64,000 bases of DNA from Cyanophyceae cyanobacterium (lineage in GTDB: Bacteria > Cyanobacteriota > Cyanobacteriia > Cyanobacteriales > JBHJGN01): NCBI GenBank assembly GCA_050331735.1, contig JBHJGN010000001.1, positions 64,001-128,000 on the forward strand, read 5' to 3'. The notes under the pieces were generated by a model. The model worked only from the letters and a program-made list of their open reading frames with translations, was not told the DNA's origin and ran no database searches. Positions 31,704-42,270 of this stretch are shown here, in pieces; position 1 is the stretch's first letter; every line of letters begins with the position of its first letter. The position numbers were made by a program, and so were the translations under genes.

Positions 31704-34700
31704 TTGCTAGCTTATCGTTGGCTCAGGAAATTCGCTGTGCAAAAGAAATCTCTCACCGGAAAAACGACGATTCCAGAATATCTCGACCAAGCAGAGTTCA
31801 AGGGAGAAGTTTTGCTTCAACTTGGACAAATGCTTCAGATGTTGAAGCAAGGGAATCACCCCGAATGCCGCAAACAGCTACAGGAGCAATGTCAGCAGCT
31901 ATCAGAGCTTGGCCAAGAAGCCAAGCTTTATCAGTGGGTGACGCTGCTGCAAACGGCTCAAAGAGCGATCGCCAATCGCGACAATCCGTTTCAGGAAACG
32001 GCGAAAAGAATTATCAGAGATATCAAACGGGCGTTAGAAAAAGTAATAGCAGGCTGCGGTGATGAAATTGAACTCACTCAAGAACTGCAAGCTCTTGCTC
32101 CTCTTGAAAAGAGTTTAGAAGAGCCGCAATCAGTATCCAAACCTTCTGAAGGGGAGGCTAGCTCCCCCTCTGATGAGCTGCTCTCGCTGTTTGCGGATGT
32201 CTCTGATGAGGCTCGAACTGTCATCGAAGCGCCGCCTGACGACTTCGGCGACTACTGGCTTGAGGCAGCATCAGCCGCCGATCCTCCAGAATCAGCGGCT
32301 GAATTGGCCAGCTTGTTTAGCTCCTCTGAAGCGACTGAGGATGCGGCAACTCCGTCTTTAACCGACGAGAGCAGCTTATTTGGCGAGACGGAAGCGGAAT
32401 TGAGTTCGTCCGATGAAATTCTTGAGCTGTTTGAGCCTGAGCCATCGAGCCAGCAAACAGACTCAGCCGATGCCCCGGTAGAGTTAGCAAGCCTGTGGGA
32501 GGATGAAGACGAACCAGAGTTATTAGCTGCCGCTCAGCCAGAGCCGTTGTTGTCGCCAGACCTGACAACCGACGATTTCACCGTCCGTGATTCTGAATCG
32601 ATGCCGCCGTCAGCAATACTAGCCCGTCAAGATTGGGAACTCGTTTACTATGGTCTTGACGAGCTAGAGGCTTTGCTCGAGCAAACCCCTCAAACCTGGT
32701 TTGCGTCTTTTGATGAGTTAGAAGCGTCGCTAGCAGGCGACTCCAGCGAGCAGGCGAATTTCTTGGAGTCGTTAGGGAGCCCCCTCGAGGCGCTGCCTGA
32801 TAGCGAGCGTCAGCTACTAGACGAGGGGACTACCGAGCTTCAGAAACTGCTCGAGGAGGCCAGCCAAGTAACGCCACAGCCTCAATCGGCCAGTAGCCAA
32901 CCGCTGGCGACAGCGTTTGAACAAACCATGCGGGTGCCAGTGAAGCAGTTGGATACTTTAAATAACCTCATTGGGGAACTGGTCGTCAACCGCAATACCC
33001 TCGAGCAAGATCATGGCAGGCTGCGGCAGTTTTTAGACAGTTTACTGCATTACGTCCAGGGTCTGAGCGATATTGGCGGTAGAATGCAGGAACTCTACGA
33101 GCGATCGCTGCTGGAGGGAGCACTGCTAGCAAGCCGTCACGGAGAGCGCAACGATTGGTCTGAACCGAGCGCTAGCAGTAGCGATCGCAGTCTTAATGCC
33201 CTAGAGATGGACAGATTTACGGGCTTTCATACCCTCTCCCAAGAGATGATTGAACTGATCGTGCGCGTCCGAGAGTCTGCTTCGGATATCCAGTTTTTGG
33301 TAGACAATACCGAACAGGTTTCTCTATCCCTCCAGCAAATTACCTCTCAGCTTCAAGAAGGTCTCAATAAAGCGCGCATGGTGCCTTTTTCTCAAACGGC
33401 AGACCGTTTACCCAGAGCCGTTCGGGAAATTTCGCGGCGCTTAAATAAGCAAGCGCAGCTCAAAGTAGAAGGACGAGATGTTCTCATCGATAAGATGCTC
33501 CTCGAGCAGCTCTACGATCCGATGACTCATTTGGTGAACAACGCCATTACTCACGGCATCGAATCGCCAGAAGAACGCCAGCAGCAAGGGAAACCTCTCT
33601 GCGGTCAGGTGACCGTTAGTGCTTTTCTCCAGGGAAATCAAACGATCATTTCCATTGCCGATGATGGCGCGGGCATTGATTCGCGCAAAGTCAAAGCAAA
33701 AGCCTTAGAAAAAGGACTGCTCTCCCCGGCCAAGGCTAAAGCTCTGGCGCATCAAGATTGCTACGAATTTTTGTTTCATCCCGGTTTTAGCACCAAAGAC
33801 AAAGCGGACGACTTCGCCGGTCGCGGAGTGGGGATGGATGTAGTGCGGACCAGTCTAGAGGCCATTCGCGGCAAGATTGGCATTGATTCTACTCTGGGGA
33901 AAGGCACGACCTTTACCGTTCGTCTGCCGCTAACGCTCAGCATTTGTAAGGCTCTCTGCTGTTTGAGCAATCAGTTCCGCATTGCTTTTCCCATGGATGG
34001 CGTAGAAGACATGCAGGACTACGCCGCGTCAGATATTCAGACCGATGCAGAGGGTCAGCCGTGCGTTCCGTGGCGCAATACCCTCCTGCCTTTCCGTTCT
34101 CTCAAAGAACTGCTGTCCTATCGTCGCTCGGTTGGTCGGAGAATGAGAGGCACTCAGTCAGAAGACACCGTGTCGATTGTCGTCCTGCGAGGAGCGGGAA
34201 CCTTACTCGCTGTCGAGGTCGAACGGGTACTTGGGGAGCAGGAAATCGTCATTAAGCAAATTGAAGGCCCCATTCCTAAGCCTTTGGGCATTGCCGGAGC
34301 AACTGTACTTGGAGACGGTAGCGTCATGGCCATTGGTGATGTGCTGGAATTAATTGAAATCGCTCAAGGAAATCACAGCCTAGAGGGGCAGCTCTGGCAG
34401 AAGACCATTATTTATGCTCAACCAGAGGCGATCGTCGATCAAAAACCAGCGGTGTTAATTGTTGACGACTCCATTACTGTTCGAGAACTGTTGTCGATCA
34501 GCTTTAGTAATGCCGGATATCGCGTTGAGCAAGCACGAGACGGCTCAGAAGCCTGGGAAAAGCTTCGCTCTGGACTAGCGTGCGATATCATTTTCTGCGA
34601 CGTAGAAATGCCGAGAATGAACGGTCTAGAACTACTCTCCTGTCTGCAAAAAGACGAACGGTTAGCGTCGATTCCGGTGGCCTTACTGACCTCTCGCGGT

Positions 34701-35279
34701 GCAGCCCGTCATCGTCAAGTTGCCGTTGAGCTTGGAGCTAGAGGATACTTCACCAAACCTTACACCGAGAAAGATTTGTTGGATGCGGCGCAAAAGATGA
34801 TTGCTGGAGAAGTGTTAGTCTCTGGCAGTCCTCGATCTAAATCAACAGCAGATAAACCGCCAGAAGACGCAGAACCACCGGCAGAACCAACCGTGCTCAT
34901 TGTCGATGACTCAGTGATGGTGCGAGAAATGCTGTCGATGACGTTTAAAAAAGCCGGTTATCAAGTGGAACAAGCCAGAGATGGACAAGATGCCCTGGAA
35001 AAGCTGCGCTCTAGCTTGCCCATCGATCTCGTTTTCTGCGACATCGAGATGCCGAGAATGAACGGACTAGACCTGTTAGCCCGTCTTCAGCAAGATCCCA
35101 CGCTTTCTCAGCTCCCCGTAGCGATGATTACTTCCAGAGGAGCCGAACGTCACCGCAATATTGCCCAAGAACGAGGAGCTAAGGGCTATTTTACTAAACC
35201 CTACATCGAGAAGACCCTCTTAGAAGCAGCGAAGGAATTACTCAAAGGAGAAAACCTCATGGCGCAAGCAGCCGATTAA
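31704..35279 (+). CDS. CheA-like hybrid kinase (PilL/HmpE-like): dimerisation, HATPase, CheW and two REC domains; no canonical Hpt
   Basis: RVPVKQLDTLNNLIGELV, HLVNNAITHG, DDGAG, GRGVGMDVV, a CheW-like segment and two REC domains (IVDDS...CD(V/I)EMP...FTKPY). Start uncertain (see findings). Confidence 0.88.
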   Translation: MLAYRWLRKFAVQKKSLTGKTTIPEYLDQAEFKGEVLLQLGQMLQMLKQGNHPECRKQLQEQCQQLSELGQEAKLYQWVTLLQTAQRAIANRDNPFQETAKRIIRDIKRALEKVIAGCGDEIELTQELQALAPLEKSLEEPQSVSKPSEGEASSPSDELLSLFADVSDEARTVIEAPPDDFGDYWLEAASAADPPESAAELASLFSSSEATEDAATPSLTDESSLFGETEAELSSSDEILELFEPEPSSQQTDSADAPVELASLWEDEDEPELLAAAQPEPLLSPDLTTDDFTVRDSESMPPSAILARQDWELVYYGLDELEALLEQTPQTWFASFDELEASLAGDSSEQANFLESLGSPLEALPDSERQLLDEGTTELQKLLEEASQVTPQPQSASSQPLATAFEQTMRVPVKQLDTLNNLIGELVVNRNTLEQDHGRLRQFLDSLLHYVQGLSDIGGRMQELYERSLLEGALLASRHGERNDWSEPSASSSDRSLNALEMDRFTGFHTLSQEMIELIVRVRESASDIQFLVDNTEQVSLSLQQITSQLQEGLNKARMVPFSQTADRLPRAVREISRRLNKQAQLKVEGRDVLIDKMLLEQLYDPMTHLVNNAITHGIESPEERQQQGKPLCGQVTVSAFLQGNQTIISIADDGAGIDSRKVKAKALEKGLLSPAKAKALAHQDCYEFLFHPGFSTKDKADDFAGRGVGMDVVRTSLEAIRGKIGIDSTLGKGTTFTVRLPLTLSICKALCCLSNQFRIAFPMDGVEDMQDYAASDIQTDAEGQPCVPWRNTLLPFRSLKELLSYRRSVGRRMRGTQSEDTVSIVVLRGAGTLLAVEVERVLGEQEIVIKQIEGPIPKPLGIAGATVLGDGSVMAIGDVLELIEIAQGNHSLEGQLWQKTIIYAQPEAIVDQKPAVLIVDDSITVRELLSISFSNAGYRVEQARDGSEAWEKLRSGLACDIIFCDVEMPRMNGLELLSCLQKDERLASIPVALLTSRGAARHRQVAVELGARGYFTKPYTEKDLLDAAQKMIAGEVLVSGSPRSKSTADKPPEDAEPPAEPTVLIVDDSVMVREMLSMTFKKAGYQVEQARDGQDALEKLRSSLPIDLVFCDIEMPRMNGLDLLARLQQDPTLSQLPVAMITSRGAERHRNIAQERGAKGYFTKPYIEKTLLEAAKELLKGENLMAQAAD

Positions 35280-35478
35280 GTCCCTTCGGGACGGGAAAAG
35301 GGGAAACAGTTCCTGCGGAACGGGGAAGGGGGAAAGGAAAATTCCTCCGGGACGGGGAAAGAACACAGAATCAAGGACTAGGCTGAGTAACCCCCTTTAC
35401 CCTTTTCCCCTTCCCCTTTTCCCGCGCCTGTGGCGCTATTCCCTTTACCCTTTACCCTTTACCCGCGCCGACGGCGCT
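35280..35478. repeat. Same dispersed repeat family (GGGAAAAG/CCCTTTA tracts with hairpin modules)
   Basis: GTCCCTTCGGGAC-type hairpins, plus CCCGCGCCTGTGGCGCT and CCCGCGCCGACGGCGCT resembling the end at 31614. Confidence 0.7.
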
Positions 35479-35518
35479 AAAATAGCGACAGACGAAAATT
35501 CAACAGATCGTTAACACA

Positions 35519-37108
35519 ATGCTTCTCAAAATCTCTCAGAAACAATTTTTGGCGTGTTCTTTTTTCCTGGGGTTGCTTTTTAGCCCATCCGTCAGAGCTG
35601 AAGAGATCGAAATTAAAGTTGGCATTGTTCAGCGCTTTGGAGATGAAGAGACTGATGAACTGACCATCGCCTCTCCTCAAGGAGATACGCTCACTCTCCG
35701 GGGTGAAGCGGTGGAGCTAGAGGCCAACCAAGTCGAACTAGAAGTGGAAATGCGGCCTTTGGCTATACCGGCGGTGGAAGAACGGTTGGTGCTCAGCGAT
35801 CACGCCACCTTTGAAACAGCAGAATACAGCGCTCAACAGTGGGAAGCCCTTGGCATTGAAGTAGAAGTCACTCAGCCCGAACGCTGGCAGGTCTGGGCCA
35901 AACGAGACGTGTATGAAACTCCGCTGCTGCGTCGGTGGCTGTTGCAGAGTCTCCAGGCTCAAGGATACGCCGAGCCGTATTTAGATACTCAGGTTGTTTT
36001 AGAGAAGCCGCAGATTATTTTAAATGTTGATGGCGATCGCACGGCGGTCAGCGAGCTAGAAATTACCGCAGCAGGGGCGTTGATCCAGGTGAAAGAAGCC
36101 CCGGAGCAGAAAACTCACCTTTATCCAGGCTCTCTCAAGCTTCAGCCCAATGCCTACGGCACGTTTACCTTAGTTAATGAAGTCCCCTTAGAAAGCTACC
36201 TGCGGGGCGTGGTTCCTCACGAAATTGGTCCAGCGGCCCCGAAAGGAGCCGCCGAAGCGCAGGCTATTATTGCTCGGACCTATGCCCTCCGGAATCTGCG
36301 GCGGTTTCAAGCGGACAACTATGAGCTGTGCGCGAGCGTTCACTGCCAGGTTTATTTTGGGTTAGCCGACACTCATCCCCAGGCCGACCAGTCGATCGCC
36401 GCGACCCGAGGCTTGGTGTTAACCTATCAAAATGAACTAGTAGACGCGCTGTATTCCTCTACTACCGGCGGGATTACGGCCCCGTTCAGCGATATTTGGA
36501 ACGGCAGCGATCGCCCCTACCTTAAAGCCGTAATCGACTCGCCTCAGCCGGTTTGGGATCTTTCTCAACGCTCCTTGGCTGACGAACAGGCGTTTCGGGA
36601 CTTTATTTCCCTCCAGCAGGGATTCAATGAAACGGGCCGAAACGTTTTTCGCTGGAGCAAGCAGGGCGACCTCGAGCAGCTCAACGAAGATTTACAGAAG
36701 TATCTAGAGAAAACTAATCATCCTCTGGCTGACTTCAACACCATTGAGAGCCTGGAGATCGTCGAGCGATCGCCCTCGGGCCGAATTCTCAAGCTGATCG
36801 TGCAAACGGATCGGGGTTTGCTCGAACTGCATAAAACTGAGGTTCGCAGTGCTTTGGGTCCGCCCCGCAGTACGCTATTCTACATCGAGCCGATTTACGA
36901 CGAAGCGCAAGTCCTCAAAGGATACACCTTTATTGGTGGTGGTTTCGGTCACGGGGTAGGCTTAAGTCAGTTTGGTTCCTACAATCTGGCCAATCTCGGC
37001 TGGTCTGCTGAGCAAATTTTGTCTTTCTACTACCCCGGCACCACTCTCCAGTCTCTTGACGAATCTGTTGTCTTTTGGCGGGCAGAAAAACCAAAAGAGC
37101 TAAATTAG
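35519..37108 (+). CDS. SpoIID/LytB domain protein
   Basis: LESYLRGVVPHE, AQAIIARTYA, CQVY, GFGHGVGLSQ; signal peptide. Confidence 0.92.
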   Translation: MLLKISQKQFLACSFFLGLLFSPSVRAEEIEIKVGIVQRFGDEETDELTIASPQGDTLTLRGEAVELEANQVELEVEMRPLAIPAVEERLVLSDHATFETAEYSAQQWEALGIEVEVTQPERWQVWAKRDVYETPLLRRWLLQSLQAQGYAEPYLDTQVVLEKPQIILNVDGDRTAVSELEITAAGALIQVKEAPEQKTHLYPGSLKLQPNAYGTFTLVNEVPLESYLRGVVPHEIGPAAPKGAAEAQAIIARTYALRNLRRFQADNYELCASVHCQVYFGLADTHPQADQSIAATRGLVLTYQNELVDALYSSTTGGITAPFSDIWNGSDRPYLKAVIDSPQPVWDLSQRSLADEQAFRDFISLQQGFNETGRNVFRWSKQGDLEQLNEDLQKYLEKTNHPLADFNTIESLEIVERSPSGRILKLIVQTDRGLLELHKTEVRSALGPPRSTLFYIEPIYDEAQVLKGYTFIGGGFGHGVGLSQFGSYNLANLGWSAEQILSFYYPGTTLQSLDESVVFWRAEKPKELN

Positions 37109-37145
37109 AGGTGTAGAAAAGCGAGATAGCGTTCTGAAGGATGTT

Positions 37146-37886
37146 ATGTCTGAACCACTTCTTGAAGTCCCTTACGTAGCGCTTCCGCCAACTCAGGACG
37201 AGCTACCGTGCGATGACGATATTCCGATGGAAACTCAGCGCCACAAATTCCAGATGGATTTACTCATCGAGCAACTGCTGCTGTGGCTGGAGACGCGAGA
37301 CAACGGCTATGTTAGTGGCAATATGTTTGTTTACTACAGCATGGCGCAGATTCGCAATCAGGACTTTCGGGGGCCGGATTTTTTTGCCGTTTTAGGCGTT
37401 CCTAAAAAAGAACGTAAAAGCTGGGTCGTTTGGGAAGAAGGCAAGGGCCCCGATGTGGTCATTGAACTGTTGTCTGACAGCACCAGAGATCAAGACAAGA
37501 CGGAGAAAAAAGCCATCTATCAAAACCAGATGCGCGTTCCAGAATACTTCTGGTTCGATCCGTTTAACCCTCAAGACTGGGCTGGTTTTGCCTTACGAGA
37601 TGGAGTTTACGAACCCCTGGTGACAGACTGCCAACGCTTTGTGAGTCAGCAGTTACAGTTAGCTTTGGTTCAGTGGGACGGAACCTATAGAGGCGTGAAT
37701 ACCACTTGGCTGCGATGGGCAACCTTAGCTGGAGAACTACTGCCGACAGAGCGAGAAAAAGCGACGCAAGAAGAGCAGCGGGCCGAGCAAGCTGAACAGC
37801 GGGCCGAGCAAGCTGAACAGCGGGCTAGAGAGTTAGCCGCACAACTGCGAGCAATGGGCATCGAACCAGAAGGCGATCGCTTTTAA
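37146..37886 (+). CDS. Uma2 family (PD-(D/E)XK fold) protein
   Basis: GPDFFAV, PDVVIELLS, VPEYFWFDP and a C-terminal AEQRAEQ repeat. Confidence 0.92.
   Translation: MSEPLLEVPYVALPPTQDELPCDDDIPMETQRHKFQMDLLIEQLLLWLETRDNGYVSGNMFVYYSMAQIRNQDFRGPDFFAVLGVPKKERKSWVVWEEGKGPDVVIELLSDSTRDQDKTEKKAIYQNQMRVPEYFWFDPFNPQDWAGFALRDGVYEPLVTDCQRFVSQQLQLALVQWDGTYRGVNTTWLRWATLAGELLPTEREKATQEEQRAEQAEQRAEQAEQRARELAAQLRAMGIEPEGDRF
37773..37826 (+). repeat. 21-bp coding tandem repeat (EQRAEQA)
   Basis: gagcagcgggccgagcaagct gaacagcgggccgagcaagct gaacagcgggct. Confidence 0.85.
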
Positions 37887-38464
37887 GCTAAAGATAGAAT
37901 AAGCAGTCCGCCGTCAGCAGGATGCCTCTTGGCTTTTCTCTTCACCTCAGTCTTAGCATTTTAGAGAAAGAGCAGACAATTTCATCCTTCTGGAGAAACA
38001 CTGTTGAAAGTTTAATAACCGTGAGGCAGCGGATTAGGCACGTCAACATCGAGTTGCAGCGCTCTCCCAATTTTGATCAGGAATTATTTAATAAAGAATT
38101 AAGAGTTTAAATTGGGCAACGGATATACTTTATCAGTCTTAAGAAGTATGCTTTTTGAAGTATCCGTTTGTCTGCTTACTCCCAGGTTGTACCGTCTCTG
38201 ATCGATTTACTATGAAATACTGTCATTGGTCTGTCGATTGTTTTACGTTTTGAGCTCAAGCCTTGCCTTCATCTATCGCAGGAAGTTAAGTCTCTAACAA
38301 GGCAGCTTCACACAAGGCAGTATGAGCAATTTTCAAGTTCTGTAAAGCGAAGAATCAGCAAGGCTAAGGCTAGCTCCCCTTTTGGGCTATTGCCGCCCAA
38401 ATGCGGACCTAGCATAGTACTCACTGGTATCTCTACTCAGCCGGATTCATACACAGTGCTCATT

Positions 38465-39157
38465 ATGTCTGCGTTAGAAAATCAGTTACTGGCTAACTTA
38501 CCCTCCACCGAGTGGCAGCGACTTTCGCCGCACCTCAAGCGGGTTTCTCTTCAGGCAGGACAAGTCCTTTACAATCCAGGAGAAACAATCAATCAGGTGT
38601 ATTTTCCGACTGGGGCTTTAATTTCAATTGTCTCTGTCCAGGAAGATTTATCGGTAGAAATTGGTTTAATTGGTTATCAAGGAGTATTGGGACTTCCGGC
38701 GCTATTAGGAGATGGCGTTGTGACCAGTCGTAAAATTGTGCAAATTTCTGGGAGTGCTTTAGAGCTTGATGTTGAAGTTTTTAGAGCGGAATTTCATCGC
38801 GCTCAAGAGTTGCACAGACGACTCCTGCTGCACATACAGGCAATGTTGCTACAGGTGACTCAAACGGCTGTTTGTCGAGCAAACTATACGATCAAGGAGC
38901 AGCTTGCCTACTGGTTACTGTTGATTCAAGACTGCGTACAGAGGGAAGAACTGCCGCTGACTCAGCAGTTTATCGGCAGAATGCTTAATACCCGTCGTGC
39001 CAGTATTTCCGAAGCGGCCAGTAGCCTGAGCCAAGCTGGAATGATTGACTACAGCCGAGGCAAGATCAAGATCCTCAATCGCTCAGCCTTAGAAGCTGCC
39101 GCCTGCCCCCCTTATCGCTTGCTAAAGCGAGAAGAAGACCGATTATATAACACCTAG
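38465..39157 (+). CDS. Crp/Fnr family transcriptional regulator
   Basis: cNMP-like N-domain (VYFPTGALIS...EIGLIG) and HTH (LTQQFIGRMLNTRRASISE). ATG 38465 preferred. Confidence 0.88.
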   Translation: MSALENQLLANLPSTEWQRLSPHLKRVSLQAGQVLYNPGETINQVYFPTGALISIVSVQEDLSVEIGLIGYQGVLGLPALLGDGVVTSRKIVQISGSALELDVEVFRAEFHRAQELHRRLLLHIQAMLLQVTQTAVCRANYTIKEQLAYWLLLIQDCVQREELPLTQQFIGRMLNTRRASISEAASSLSQAGMIDYSRGKIKILNRSALEAAACPPYRLLKREEDRLYNT

Positions 39158-39262
39158 CGGGCGGGGGCAGGACAAGCCCACTGTTTTAAGCGATCGCGCT
39201 TCAGTTTGAATATGAGCGTTACTTGTCGAGAGCGGTTGTCGAAATGTTCAACATGACCAAAT

Positions 39263-39288
39263 AAAAAGCCCGCACTAGAGGCGGACTT
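39263..39288 (-). terminator. Intrinsic terminator (probably typA's own, now downstream of an inserted element)
   Basis: Minus strand AAGTCCGC-CTCTAGT-GCGGGCTT followed by TTT. Confidence 0.75.
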
Positions 39289-39304
39289 CTCTGACAATTA
39301 ATTC

Positions 39305-39773
39305 GTGACATTCTCCCGACTCTGACTCTCCGAGTACAGAGCGGGCTTCATGAGATCACTCTCAATCAATTTCCTGCTTCATTCGGTCGTTTCTAGACAT
39401 AGTTAACCGATGCTATCTACATCCCCGATAGAACCCGTCCACAGGCAGTTTGTTTATAGTCCACTTGATAGACCCACAGCAGACTTATTATGTATTGAAA
39501 TGAAAACCAGAACATCTTACTTTCTGTTTGACGAGGTAGGGCTTGCCTTTCTGGCAAAGGTCAGAGGGAATTGACTCGTCATGTTGTGTACAGAGATCTA
39601 GCAAAAGACTAGACAAGAAACACCTTTTATTCATTACCTATTTCTAGGCTTCCTATTAGGAATTATCTTTATCATTCTAACATATAGTCCGACTCCCGTA
39701 ATTGCTCCTTGTCAGTCGCGCGCTCCCTATCCCGACGCTCGCTTTCAGCAGAGCGCGGGGCTTCCGCGCCCAG
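39305..39773 (-). mobile_element. Non-autonomous IS200/IS605-family derivative (hairpin ends, no tnpA/tnpB ORF)
   Basis: Left end GGAAGCCCCGCGCTCTGCTGAAAGCGAGCGTCGGG lies just after the typA stop (TTAG). Right end GAAGCCCGCTCTGTACTCGGAGAGTCAGAGTCGGGAGAATGTCAC. The two subterminal hairpins are similar and in the same orientation, with no TIR or TSD. Confidence 0.7.
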
Positions 39774-41567
39774 CTAACGCTTCGCTAACTTTTTGGTTGC
39801 CATCTTGCGGAGGCGAATCGACTCTGGCGTTATCTCTACCAGTTCGTCGGAACCAATGTATTCTAACGCTCGCTCTAAGCTCATCTCCACCGGAGTCTGC
39901 AACTGTACTAGCTCGTCTCCCGTTGCGGAACGGTGATTAGTAAGCTGTTTCGTCTTGCAGACGTTGAGATCGAGGTCTTGGGGACGGTTGTGTTCGCCCA
40001 CGATCATGCCCTTATAAACCTTAGTTCCCGGAGAAATAAAGAAAACACCGCGGTCTTCAGCATTCTTGAGAGCATAAAATGTTGCCGTTCCCTCTTCAAA
40101 GGCAATAATGACGCCGTTGTAGCGCGTCTCTAGATCTCCGCACAGCGGACGGTATTCTAAGAAGCTGTGGTTCATAATGCCTTCACCGCGAGTAAGGCGG
40201 ACAAAATCGCCTCGGAAACCAATCAGTCCTCGCGCCGGAATCACAAACTCTAGCTGAGTACGTCCGTTAGTGCCAACCTGCATATCCTGCATTTCTCCCT
40301 TGCGCTGACCGAGGCGCTCGATGCAGCTACCGTTGGCTTCTTCGGGAACATCTAGGACTAAATACTCGTAAGGCTCACAGGGTTGACCGTTGACCTCCCG
40401 ATAAATCACCTGCGGCTGAGATACCTGAAACTCGTAGCCCTCGCGCCGCATCGTTTCGATGAGGATGCCGAGGTGGAGTTCGCCGCGTCCTGAGACCGCA
40501 AACTTATCGGGAGAATCGGTTGGTTCGACGCGCAGCGCTACGTTGGTTTCCAGTTCGCGCATCAGGCGATCGCGCAACTGCCTCGAGGTAACATAGCTTC
40601 CTTCCTGTCCAGCAAAGGGAGAATCGTTCACCGAAAAGGTCATTTGCAGCGTTGGTTCGTCCACCTTAATCAGGGGGAGAGCCTGCGGCTCGTCGGGACA
40701 GGTAATGGTTTCGCCAATATTAGCATCAGCAAATCCAGCGACTGCCACAATGTTACCAGCGCTGGCTTCTGCTAGCTCAACTCGCTGAAGTCCTTCAAAT
40801 CCTAACAGCTTCGTCACCTTTGCCTTAGAAACGTTGCCGTCTTCCTGAACGATTGCTGCCTGCTGACCCGCTCTAATAGTTCCGTTGTGGATTCTGCCAA
40901 TCACAATTCGCCCTAGGTACTCAGAATAATCTAGCGTCGTTACCTGAAGCTGAAGCGGCTTGGTCGGATCGCCCACTGGAGGAGCGACGTGGTGTAGAAT
41001 CGCTTCAAACAGAGGCTGCATATCGGACCCTTCGGCTTCCAGCTCTTCTTTGGCAAAGCCTTCTAACCCAGAAGCGTAGAGAGTCGTAAAGTCGCACTGA
41101 TCGTCGTCTGCTCCTAACTCAACAAACAGATCGAACACTTTATCAACTGCCTCATCAGGATGAGCATTGGGACGATCAATTTTATTGACAACAACAATCG
41201 GACGCAGCCCTTTTTCCAACGCTTTTTTAAGCACGAATCGCGTTTGCGGCATCGGTCCTTCATTGGCATCGACAATCAAGATGCAGCCATCGACCATGCC
41301 TAGCACTCGCTCGACCTCGCCCCCAAAATCGGCGTGTCCTGGCGTATCAACAATGTTAATCAGAGTATCTTTGTAATGAACGGCTGTGTTTTTCGACAGA
41401 ATTGTAATGCCCCGTTCTCGCTCTAGGTCATTGGAGTCCATAACGCAGATTGGAACGTCTTCCCCCTCACGAAAAATACCGGACTGTTTGAGGAGAGCAT
41501 CAACCAGCGTTGTTTTACCGTGGTCAACGTGGGCAATAATCGCGACGTTGCGAATGGGAAGAGACAT
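39774..41567 (-). CDS. typA: Translational GTPase TypA/BipA
   Basis: [34 protein letters not shown] at 41567 (MSLPIRN). Confidence 0.97.
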   Translation of the reverse strand: MSLPIRNVAIIAHVDHGKTTLVDALLKQSGIFREGEDVPICVMDSNDLERERGITILSKNTAVHYKDTLINIVDTPGHADFGGEVERVLGMVDGCILIVDANEGPMPQTRFVLKKALEKGLRPIVVVNKIDRPNAHPDEAVDKVFDLFVELGADDDQCDFTTLYASGLEGFAKEELEAEGSDMQPLFEAILHHVAPPVGDPTKPLQLQVTTLDYSEYLGRIVIGRIHNGTIRAGQQAAIVQEDGNVSKAKVTKLLGFEGLQRVELAEASAGNIVAVAGFADANIGETITCPDEPQALPLIKVDEPTLQMTFSVNDSPFAGQEGSYVTSRQLRDRLMRELETNVALRVEPTDSPDKFAVSGRGELHLGILIETMRREGYEFQVSQPQVIYREVNGQPCEPYEYLVLDVPEEANGSCIERLGQRKGEMQDMQVGTNGRTQLEFVIPARGLIGFRGDFVRLTRGEGIMNHSFLEYRPLCGDLETRYNGVIIAFEEGTATFYALKNAEDRGVFFISPGTKVYKGMIVGEHNRPQDLDLNVCKTKQLTNHRSATGDELVQLQTPVEMSLERALEYIGSDELVEITPESIRLRKMATKKLAKR

Positions 41568-41689
41568 AATTAAATATTCAGTAGCTAGAGTTAGCCAGTA
41601 AAGATTTATTAATAATTTTAGCTTACACTCGGATTTCTGTCTTATTACCCTCCTCAAAGCGTTGCAGGCGCAAGAGAAGCCGCTTCAGC

Positions 41690-41960
41690 TTTCGCGCTCG
41701 GGAAAAGGTCCAAGGATCAGGGGGAGAGAGGATGGTTGTTAAGCTTATTTTTTGCTTCTATGTTCTTGTCCTACACCGGACAAATTTTCCTTGGCCCTTT
41801 TCCCCGTTGCGGAGCAATTTCCCCTTTCCCCTGTCTTGGTGCGCGTTCCCTTGCGTCTTTCGCCGACGCGGGGTCGCACCGCTTCCCCGTCCCGTCAGGG
41901 ACAATTTCCCCTGTTTCCCCGACACCGCATCTGTTGCTTTACTTTCCAGAGATGGTATGA
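41690..41960. repeat. Dispersed MITE-like repeat
   Basis: Pyrimidine tracts and hairpins as at 31407. Ends in GACACCGCATCTGTTGCTTTACTTTCCAGAGATGG, which recurs at ~49137-49171. Confidence 0.65.
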
Positions 41961-42270
41961 AATTAAGCGATCGCCACTGTCAACTGTTACCTATGTCATC
42001 CAGCTTGACAAAGCAAGCCTTGACTAGGCCCATTTCCTCGTATTTTGAATAGCCTCCCCATCGCTGTCAAGGACTGCGATGGCTACTGTGTAAGCCTGTG
42101 TAAAAGTTTGGCCTCTTCTAACTAACTTTTGTATCGAAAACAACATCTTTATGGGTTCTTTAGACAAGATCGAAGTATGCCCATAGCAAACTCATTACGA
42201 GTTTGCCTTCAATTCAAATCAAATTTTTTCACAAATTCTTGTTGAAGCGTTTTTAAGAGGAAAATTAACG

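Noticed and set aside
1845..37108. anmK, murQ and spoIID as a peptidoglycan-recycling cluster
   Set aside because: They are separated by 8-24 kb of unrelated genes; no operon.
37922..38110. 62-aa ORF upstream of the Crp gene
   Set aside because: No recognisable motif or clear RBS; cannot be supported.
39263..39304. Dedicated terminator implying a domesticated regulatory guide RNA
   Set aside because: More simply explained as typA's own terminator. The only guide matches noticed elsewhere in the window are ~10 nt (e.g. 48421), compatible with chance.
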